Assembly (NCBI GenBank): GCA_018262285.1
Contig: JAGTRX010000096.1
Span: 1-15,725 of the forward strand
DNA: 15,725 bases
Reading direction: 5' to 3'
DNA from: Pseudomonadota bacterium
Lineage (GTDB): Bacteria; Pseudomonadota; Gammaproteobacteria; Burkholderiales; Rhodocyclaceae
Both the position numbers and the translations under genes were made by a program. Of this stretch, positions 9,257 through 15,725 are shown one piece after another. Below the pieces are notes generated by a model, which searched no databases, was not told the DNA's origin, and was given only the letters and a program-made list of their open reading frames with translations. Position 1 is the stretch's first letter; every line of letters starts with the position of its first letter.

Positions 9257-9907
9257 TTACCCTTCTTCGTCGGGTTCGACCAGATAGCGCCGGGTTTGCT
9301 GATCGTAGGATACGACCGAAGTCATCGAGCCCTTATGCAGAGTGTTGGGTTCTTTGGCGGCAATCTTGATGTTGTAAGAGGCGCCGCGACTGGCGACTTC
9401 GCCCTGGCCGAAGTTTTCGGTAACCTTCAGCGTGGTGACGCGGCACTGCAACCCGATCAGGCTTTCGTTGGAAGGAGCTGGATGGGCAACGAACAGTCCG
9501 CGTAGCGGCCGCGAGAACAGGGCTGTGAAGAAAATGGCCGGGATCAGCGCCAGTACCAGCACCAGCAGGCCGATCAGGGTGCGGGTCAGACCGCCGGGCA
9601 GCAGCGGCAGTAGATAGCGGGTGACCAGGGCAGTAGTCGTCCAGCCGAAAATGGCGAGCAGGGTCAGCACCAGTGACAACGGGACGCCGGTCAGACTAAA
9701 GGTGACAGCGTAATGATCACCTTCGGCATGCGCGTCGCCATGAAGATCGCCATGGACTTCCGGGCCGCCATGATCGAAATCAAGGCCGTGATGGCTGACA
9801 TCGACCAGGCCGACGATGCCCAGCAGCCAGTACAGCAGCGCTACGCAGAGCAACACCGAATAAACGATGGTCGGCCATTCGGTGAGAATGTTGAGCAGGT
9901 TGTTCAT
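9257..9907 (-). CDS. NfeD/YqiJ-like inner-membrane protein (TM helices plus a C-terminal OB-fold-like soluble domain), the flotillin partner
   Basis: Two to three hydrophobic helices, a His/Asp-rich loop, and a C-terminal LQCRVTTLKV...GEVASRGASYNIKIAAKE beta domain typical of NfeD short forms. GGGAGG RBS. Lies directly upstream of the flotillin gene. Confidence 0.8.
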   Translation of the reverse strand: MNNLLNILTEWPTIVYSVLLCVALLYWLLGIVGLVDVSHHGLDFDHGGPEVHGDLHGDAHAEGDHYAVTFSLTGVPLSLVLTLLAIFGWTTTALVTRYLLPLLPGGLTRTLIGLLVLVLALIPAIFFTALFSRPLRGLFVAHPAPSNESLIGLQCRVTTLKVTENFGQGEVASRGASYNIKIAAKEPNTLHKGSMTSVVSYDQQTRRYLVEPDEEG

Positions 9908-9954
9908 TTGCCTCCCGGCATTATTATTTTATGCGGCGAAGATTATGGCAGCTT

Positions 9955-10647
9955 TTAGCGGTTTTCACATCCCGCCAGTTTTATCCACAATTGCTCGAAG
10001 TGCCGGGAAAAACAGGCAATCAGTTCTGGGTCATCGGTGATGATCAGATTTTCCTCGTTGTAACGGCTGGCGCTACGGGTCCAGTTGAAGCTGCCGTTGA
10101 GTAGCCAGCGAGCGTCGAAAATGGCGTACTTGTGATGCATGTGCGCTTCGGTCTGGTCGACAACGACAGAAATGCCGGCCTGTCGCAGCGTTTCAACGTC
10201 GCTGCCACTGTCTGATGCCTTGTCGTTGTCGGTAATGAAGCGCAAGGCAACGCCGCGCCGGTGTGCCGCCAGAATGGCATCGCGGATGCGGTCGTCTGAC
10301 AGCGTAAAGACACAGACATCGACGCTTTTTTGAACAGCCTGAAAGCGCTGGCAGATGGTGTTTTGGCAGGCGTCGCCGGGAGAAAAGAAGACCTCCGAGT
10401 GAACTGGATTTCCGCGTGCGCTATCGAGCGCCCGCGCCACGCCTTCCAGCCAGCGTACCAGGCTGGCGGCTTCCAGCCCGGCAGCCAGCCGTGTCTGCAC
10501 CATTTCAAAAGCGCGGTTGCGTACCCGGCGCAAGCCTTCCTCCGGCGCACCGTGGCTACGCAGCAGATTGACCAGTTCGCGGCGCTCGTCGTCGGACAGA
10601 CGCAGGTCAGCGATGCTGGCTTCAAGGTGGTCGAGGATCGTTTGCAT
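9955..10647 (-). CDS. Phospholipase-D superfamily protein with a single HKD motif (Nuc/endonuclease-like) and an N-terminal ~100-aa helical domain
   Basis: HxKx4D motif HMHHKYAIFD followed by GSFNWTRSASRYNEEN (the GSxN...N.E signature). Single-HKD proteins act as dimers (Nuc, BfiI-type nucleases). The ATG at 10647 has no strong SD. Confidence 0.8.
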   Translation of the reverse strand: MQTILDHLEASIADLRLSDDERRELVNLLRSHGAPEEGLRRVRNRAFEMVQTRLAAGLEAASLVRWLEGVARALDSARGNPVHSEVFFSPGDACQNTICQRFQAVQKSVDVCVFTLSDDRIRDAILAAHRRGVALRFITDNDKASDSGSDVETLRQAGISVVVDQTEAHMHHKYAIFDARWLLNGSFNWTRSASRYNEENLIITDDPELIACFSRHFEQLWIKLAGCENR

Positions 10648-10804
10648 GTTATAGGTACGCCCGGCGTTGCGAACAGGGCTATTGTGCGGTACGCCAGCTT
10701 GATCCGTAAATCAAAATTGGCTTCGCCTCGCGCCTTGTATCATCGCGCTTTCCGGAGTAAGGTCGCTTGTCCGCTCTGCGACAACAGATGCTCCAAATAG
10801 ACGC
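10648..10804. promoter_or_regulatory. Divergent intergenic region holding promoters for the PLD-flotillin cluster (-) and the VanZ-like gene (+)
   Basis: 157-bp non-coding gap between divergent starts. Candidate sigma70 elements TTGGCT (10716-10721), a 15-nt spacer, then TGTATCAT (10735-10742) on the + strand. The minus-strand promoter was not resolved. Confidence 0.25.
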
Positions 10805-11887
10805 ATGAATACCAAAGGCCCCATCCTGCTCGCTCGCTACCTGGCTCTTGCCTGTCTGGGGCTCATCATCTATGCCAGCCTGCACCCATTTTCTGGCTGG
10901 CGCATCAGCGGCATTTCGCCTCTCGCTTTTCTCGAAGGCGGCTGGCCGCGTTACTGGACTGTTTTCGATTTGGTTGTCAACGCGCTGGCCTATCTTCCGC
11001 TCGGCTTCCTTTTTACTTTGGCGCTGGCGCGAGTTCCTGGTCGCTTCAGCGCCGCTGTGCTGGCGACGCTGGCCGCTGCGGCGGTCAGTCTGGGCATGGA
11101 ATGCCTGCAAGTTTATTTGCCGAGCCGCGTACCTTCCAATCTTGATCTCGTCTGCAACAGCCTGGGCGGCCTGATCGGGGCTGTCCTGGCCTATCGTGCC
11201 GGCCCGCGTTTTTTCCCGCACCTGATAGAGTGGCAGCACCGGCTGTTGGCACCCTTGCCGCATGCCGAGTTGGGTTTGACCCTGCTCGGCCTCTGGCTGC
11301 TCATCCCGCTTTCGCCGGAAATCCTGCTCTTCGGCGCCGGCGATGTGCGCGAAGTTTTTGATCTGGCTGGTGCCATGCCGTTTTCACCCGGTAGCAGCGC
11401 ACCCATGGAAACCGCTGTAATTGCCTGCAATACTGTTGCCGTCGGTCTGCTGGTGCGCTGGCTCGCTGCCAACACCCGTCTGGCTTACTCATTGGCGCCA
11501 ATTTTCCTTGCCCTTGGCCTGGCGGTTCGCTCGCTCGCCGCTGCCGTTCTTGTTTCGCCGGAACAGGCTTTTTCCTGGTGGACGCCGCCAGTTCAGAACG
11601 GTTTGCTGGCAGGCGGCCTGTTCCTGTTGCCAGCGCTATTCCTGCCGGCTGGTCTGCGCATCGTGCTGGCGGCGCTGGCGCTGATGTGCGGCACCGTGCT
11701 GGTCAATATCACGCCGCCCAACCCCTATTCCATCGCCGCTCTGGCCTCCTGGCGGCAGGGTCACTTTCTCAATTTCAACGGCCTGACCCGGCTGATTTCA
11801 ATTCTCTGGCCTTTCCTGGTCTTGCCTTTCCTGATGTTCTCCAATCGCAGGACGACCGAGAACCAAGCTACGGTTTTGCCGGATTAG
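10805..11887 (+). CDS. VanZ-like family membrane protein with a polytopic C-terminal extension
   Basis: VanZ signature FDLVVNALAYLPLGF (D..N...Y.PLG) and multiple TM helices across 360 aa. Confidence 0.75.
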   Translation: MNTKGPILLARYLALACLGLIIYASLHPFSGWRISGISPLAFLEGGWPRYWTVFDLVVNALAYLPLGFLFTLALARVPGRFSAAVLATLAAAAVSLGMECLQVYLPSRVPSNLDLVCNSLGGLIGAVLAYRAGPRFFPHLIEWQHRLLAPLPHAELGLTLLGLWLLIPLSPEILLFGAGDVREVFDLAGAMPFSPGSSAPMETAVIACNTVAVGLLVRWLAANTRLAYSLAPIFLALGLAVRSLAAAVLVSPEQAFSWWTPPVQNGLLAGGLFLLPALFLPAGLRIVLAALALMCGTVLVNITPPNPYSIAALASWRQGHFLNFNGLTRLISILWPFLVLPFLMFSNRRTTENQATVLPD

Positions 11888-11892
11888 GGCGC

Positions 11893-12267
11893 TTACTTGA
11901 GCGAAGCAAACGCTTCCTCCCAATGCTGCCCATCGAACGACTCTATCTCCGGTTGTTCACGTTGAAAATCAAAGTTATCGAGCGTGCGTACATTGACGGT
12001 GTATTGCTCCGGTGCTGCCCGGGGGCGTGAGAAGGTGTGAATGCCGCAGACTTTGCAGAAATGATGTTTGGCGATCTTGCTGCCGAATTGATAGGTTCCA
12101 AGTTGCGACTCGTCGGATAGGAGACGAAAATTCTCCGCCGTCACACGATGATGAAGGACGCCTTTTTTTGTGCAGATGGAGCAATTGCACTCGGTGACGC
12201 GATTGATGACGGCATTGATTTCATAGCGAACCGCACCGCAATGACAACTACCCAAATATAAAGTCAT
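11893..12267 (-). CDS. GFA-family (CENP-V/glutathione-dependent formaldehyde-activating-like) zinc-binding protein
   Basis: Conserved cysteine constellation GSCHCGAVRY...CNCSIC...HHFCKVCG. The upstream GAGGGGGG RBS overlaps the cobB stop. Confidence 0.85.
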   Translation of the reverse strand: MTLYLGSCHCGAVRYEINAVINRVTECNCSICTKKGVLHHRVTAENFRLLSDESQLGTYQFGSKIAKHHFCKVCGIHTFSRPRAAPEQYTVNVRTLDNFDFQREQPEIESFDGQHWEEAFASLK

Positions 12268-12274
12268 ACCCCCC

Positions 12275-13027
12275 TCACAATCTGGCCATCAAGGCCGTTA
12301 GCGCATTTGCCGCGCCCAGCGGCAACTTGTAGTCCACATAATCGGAAACCGTCGTCTGCCCTGGATTGATTTCCACTGTCGGAATACCGGCGCGAGCCGC
12401 CCAGACAACGGGCTGGGCGATGTAGGGAAAGACGCTGGTGGTGCCGACCGAAAAGACCAGATCGAAACCCTCCTCCAGTTCGTCGTAAAAACGCTCCATT
12501 GCTTCCTGCGGCAGGGTTTCTCCGAAGAGGACGACTTCCGGCCGCATGACGGCGCCGCAGGCCGGACACTTGGGCGGAATGCTCCGGCCTTCCAGACTCT
12601 CGATCTGTTCGCGCAAGCCGCAGGCGGTGCACAAGAGGCGGTGCAGGTCGCCGTGGATTTCAATGACATTGCGGCTACCCGCCGCCTGATGCAGACCATC
12701 GATGTTCTGGGTAAAGACCAGCACCGAGGCGAATTCCTCTTCAAGTTTAGCAATGGCGGCGTGCGCCGCATTAGGCCCGGCGCCCCGGCAGTTGGCTTCG
12801 ATCTGCGCCAGGTATTTCCAGGTAATTTCGGGATGCCGCCGCAGCATTTCGCCGGACAAGGCGTCCTCGATACTGTAGCCATCTTCAGTCAGATTGCCTT
12901 CGTACAGGCCGCCGATGCCGCGATAGGTGGGCAGGCCGGAATCGGCAGAAATGCCGGCGCCGGTGATGAAGAGAATACGGCGCGCTGTCGCCAGATGTTC
13001 GGCAACCGCGTCCAATAGGTTTTCCAT
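12275..13027 (-). CDS. cobB: NAD-dependent protein deacylase, Sir2 family (CobB-type sirtuin)
   Basis: GAGISADSGLPTYRG NAD-binding motif, QNIDGLH catalytic His, and a Zn-ribbon CTACG...CPACG. GGGGAG RBS 5 nt upstream of the ATG at 13027. Confidence 0.9.
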   Translation of the reverse strand: MENLLDAVAEHLATARRILFITGAGISADSGLPTYRGIGGLYEGNLTEDGYSIEDALSGEMLRRHPEITWKYLAQIEANCRGAGPNAAHAAIAKLEEEFASVLVFTQNIDGLHQAAGSRNVIEIHGDLHRLLCTACGLREQIESLEGRSIPPKCPACGAVMRPEVVLFGETLPQEAMERFYDELEEGFDLVFSVGTTSVFPYIAQPVVWAARAGIPTVEINPGQTTVSDYVDYKLPLGAANALTALMARL

Positions 13028-13040
13028 GTCACTCCCCTTT

Positions 13041-14258
13041 CTATGGCGCCAGCTCCTTCGGCAATAGCACCCACATCTTTCCGGACTGTTTCATCCGTCC
13101 TGCTTCCTCGCCAGCCTTGGCACCAAATCCCCAGAAAAAGTCGGCGCGAACGACGCCCTTGATGGCGCCACCAGTGTCCTGCGCCAGCATCAGGCGATTC
13201 AGCGGCTGGCTGGAATTGGGGCGGGTGGTGGCGAGAAAGACCGGGGCGCCGAGAGGAATAGCGCGCGGATCGACGGCTAGGCTGCGCTCTGCCGTCAGCG
13301 GCACACCGAGCGCACCGAGCGGGCCATCGTCGGAGGCCGGCAGTTCGCGGAAAAAGACATAACTCGGATTGGCGTTGAGCACCTCCTGCAACTTGCCGGG
13401 ATTGGCGCGCGCCCAGGCCTGAATGCCCTGCATTGAGGCTTCGCCCGCTTTCAGTTCGCCGCGCTCGATCAGCACCCGACCAATGGATTGATAGGGGTGG
13501 CCGTTCTGGTCGGCGTAGCCGAGCCGCACCAACTTGCCATCCGGCAATTTGACCCGGCCGGAACCTTGCACCTGCAGGAAAAAGAGTTCAACCTGATCCT
13601 CGACCCAGAGTAGCGGTGTCCCCAAACGCGCCCCCCGGTTTTCCTCAATGTCACGCCGGGCGTAGTAAGGCACTACCTTGTTGCCGACCAGCCGGCCACG
13701 CAAACGCATGTGCCGCAATTCCGGCAGAACTTCACTCAAATCAATGGTCAGCAGATCGTCCGGCACGCCATAAACCGGCACCTTGGCCAACTTGCCGGGC
13801 GTGCGACTGCCTTTCAGGAGCGGTTCGTAATAGCCGGTGATGAGGCCTTCGGTTTTGCCATCGGCGGCGGTCGCTGCAAAGGGCTGAAAATTGCCTTCAA
13901 AAAAACGGCGCACGGCGGCAGAACTTTTGCTATCTACCCCGGCAGCTTCGGCGCAAACCTTTTTCCAGGTAGGTGCCTTAACCGTCAGCACTCGACAGGA
14001 TTGCAAAAAAGCCGGCCAGGCAGCCCGCACATCGTCTTCCTCCCAACCCGGCAAGTCCTTCCAGTCTGCCACTTGCAGAGGCTTGGACGCTGGCTGCGCC
14101 AAGTCGACGCCAGGACACTTTGGACAGGGCGGACAGTTTGCGGGCGCGGGCTCATGTACCGTCAAGGACTGGCAGGCAGACAAGCTGACAGCCAGCAACA
14201 AAACAGCAAGCAGCCTGCGTTGAAACAAGTTTTTCGGCTCCAATTGGCTTTTCTCCAC
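13041..14258 (-). CDS. mltA: Membrane-bound lytic murein transglycosylase A (MltA) lipoprotein
   Basis: Lipobox LAVSLSAC, MltA core GYYEPLLKGSR, 3D-domain signature DTGGAIKG..RADFFWGFG. The start is uncertain: GTG at 14258 per the ORF track, or a TTG 15-45 nt downstream after GGAG. Confidence 0.85.
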   Translation of the reverse strand: MEKSQLEPKNLFQRRLLAVLLLAVSLSACQSLTVHEPAPANCPPCPKCPGVDLAQPASKPLQVADWKDLPGWEEDDVRAAWPAFLQSCRVLTVKAPTWKKVCAEAAGVDSKSSAAVRRFFEGNFQPFAATAADGKTEGLITGYYEPLLKGSRTPGKLAKVPVYGVPDDLLTIDLSEVLPELRHMRLRGRLVGNKVVPYYARRDIEENRGARLGTPLLWVEDQVELFFLQVQGSGRVKLPDGKLVRLGYADQNGHPYQSIGRVLIERGELKAGEASMQGIQAWARANPGKLQEVLNANPSYVFFRELPASDDGPLGALGVPLTAERSLAVDPRAIPLGAPVFLATTRPNSSQPLNRLMLAQDTGGAIKGVVRADFFWGFGAKAGEEAGRMKQSGKMWVLLPKELAP

Positions 14259-14300
14259 GCATTCGCTACAGTGACAATTTTAAGGATTGTACCTGTCGGC

Positions 14301-15179
14301 ATGCCAGATTCCCTCCAGCTTGAACGTTTGTTACATCGCGCCGAAGTCGTCCTCGGGCGGCTCGAAGCCTGTCTGCCGCCGGTACCACCGCTGCCGGACT
14401 GGCAGTCTGCCATTGCCTGGCGCTGGCGGCGTTCACGCACTTGTGGCTATCTGCAAGCGATCAAGCATCCGCACTGGATCACACTGGATGATCTTGACTG
14501 CATCGACGAACAAAAAGCCCGCGTTCTGGCCAATACGCGGCAGTTTGTTGCACGTAAGCCAGCCAACAATGTGCTGCTGACCGGTGCCCGCGGTTCGGGA
14601 AAGTCGTCATTGGTCAAAGCCATGCTGCACAAATTTTCAGGCAAGGGCTTGCGTTTGATCGAAGTCGACAAGGAGGATATGGTCGATCTGCCCGATATTG
14701 TCGATCTGCTGGCCGGTCGCCAGGAGCGTTTCATCATTTTCTGCGATGACCTTTCCTTCGCCGCCGGCGAATCCTCCTTCAAGGCGCTGAAGTCGGTACT
14801 GGACGGTTCTCTGGCGGCGGCTCCGGACAATGTGCTGATCTACGCCACCTCCAATCGCCGTCACCTGATGCCGGAGTATTTTTCGGAAAACATGGAAAGC
14901 CAGCGGGTCGGTGATGAAATTCATCCCGGCGAAGCGATGGAGGAGAAAATATCCCTTTCCGAGCGCTTTGGCCTGTGGATTTCCTTCTATCCTTTCGATC
15001 AGGAGGCCTATCTCACCATTGTCGAGCACTGGCTCAAGCATTTTGGCATTTCAGGGCATAATAGCGAGAATGTTAGGCGTGAAGCGCTGAACTGGGCGCT
15101 GGCGAGGGGAGCACGCAATGGTCGGGTGGCCTGGCAATTTGCCAAGGACTGGTCGGCGCAGCATCACAAGAAGAAATGA
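14301..15179 (+). CDS. DUF815-family AAA+ ATPase
   Basis: Walker A LLTGARGSGKSS, Walker B RFIIFCDDLSF. It is in frame within the 13710-15179 ORF. The 5' 591 nt of that ORF is antisense to mltA and is not coding. Confidence 0.8.
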   Translation: MPDSLQLERLLHRAEVVLGRLEACLPPVPPLPDWQSAIAWRWRRSRTCGYLQAIKHPHWITLDDLDCIDEQKARVLANTRQFVARKPANNVLLTGARGSGKSSLVKAMLHKFSGKGLRLIEVDKEDMVDLPDIVDLLAGRQERFIIFCDDLSFAAGESSFKALKSVLDGSLAAAPDNVLIYATSNRRHLMPEYFSENMESQRVGDEIHPGEAMEEKISLSERFGLWISFYPFDQEAYLTIVEHWLKHFGISGHNSENVRREALNWALARGARNGRVAWQFAKDWSAQHHKKK

Positions 15180-15215
15180 AGTAAAAATTATTATCGGGTT
15201 TTCAGGAAAGCCGCC

Positions 15216-15725
15216 ATGAGCGATGAGATTGTCGAAGTTGCCGCAGCTGTCATGCTCCGCAAGGATGGCAAGGAGTACCTGCTTGCCCAGCGGCCGGAAG
15301 GCAAAGTCTACGCTGGTTACTGGGAATTTCCCGGCGGCAAGCTGGAGGCCGGGGAAAGCCCGCTTGAGGCACTGAGTCGCGAGTTGCATGAGGAACTTGG
15401 TATTACGCTGGAAAAGGCAACCCCCTGGATAATCCGCGAATTTGCCTACCCGCACGCAACGGTGCGTCTGCATTTCTGGCGGGTGACGGCCTGGCAGGGT
15501 GATATTACGCCGCATGAACATAAGGCCATCGAATGGCTGCGCGTCGGTGCAAAAAAACCAGTCGATCCCATTCTCCCAGCCAACGGCCCGATTCTGAAGG
15601 CGCTTGCCCTGCCGACGGTCATGGCGATTACCAATATGTCGGAAAATGGTGAGGACACAGAACTCACCCGGCTGGAAAACGCCGTTGCTCGCGGTATCCG
15701 TCTTTTTCAGGTGCGCGACAAATGT
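15216..15725 (+). CDS. mutT: Nudix hydrolase (MutT/8-oxo-dGTP diphosphatase-like) fused to a ThiE/TenI-like domain; 3' end outside the window
   Basis: Nudix box GGKLEAGESPLEALSRELHEELGI. After ~130 aa the sequence turns TenI/ThiE-like (LPTVMAITNMSE...RLFQVRDK). GGAAAG lies upstream of the ATG at 15216. The ORF is open to the window end. Confidence 0.8.
   Translation, partial: MSDEIVEVAAAVMLRKDGKEYLLAQRPEGKVYAGYWEFPGGKLEAGESPLEALSRELHEELGITLEKATPWIIREFAYPHATVRLHFWRVTAWQGDITPHEHKAIEWLRVGAKKPVDPILPANGPILKALALPTVMAITNMSENGEDTELTRLENAVARGIRLFQVRDKC

Noticed and set aside
10330-10800. 156-aa plus-strand ORF upstream of the VanZ-like gene
   Set aside because: It is antisense to the PLD-family gene, and the PLD frame carries the HKD and GSxN motifs.
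12275-13027. Sir2-domain gene as a possible defence-type SIR2 NADase effector
   Set aside because: It has the full CobB-type architecture, including the Zn-ribbon cysteines, and sits in a housekeeping operon with mltA. This is consistent with an ordinary protein deacylase.
13710-14300. 5' extension of the 489-aa ORF containing the DUF815 ATPase
   Set aside because: It overlaps mltA antisense and has no protein-like sequence. A proper start at 14301 (MPDSLQLERLL…) gives a normal-sized DUF815 protein.

Overview
GC-rich window that looks proteobacterial (probably betaproteobacterial), with tightly packed genes. The core housekeeping genes are an alpha/beta hydrolase, the mltA–cobB(Sir2)–GFA operon, a VanZ-like protein, a DUF815 ATPase and a MutT/Nudix hydrolase. 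The stand-out region is a minus-strand, head-to-tail cluster at 10647→1608. It encodes a single-HKD phospholipase-D-family (Nuc-like) protein, an NfeD/YqiJ-like membrane protein, a flotillin (SPFH/band-7, YqiK-like) and a ~1,720-aa protein with a MoxR/dynein-type AAA_5 ATPase near its C-terminus. The giant gene carries an apparent 1-nt frameshift near 5900. Its stop overlaps, by the 8-nt sequence ATGAATAA, the start of a 78-aa acidic protein. This cluster is my candidate for an undescribed flotillin-scaffolded system. Also present are a bidirectional terminator with a mirrored hairpin copy, and a repeat-dense intergenic region (1438-1605) with ATTGC/GCAAT-type inverted repeats.
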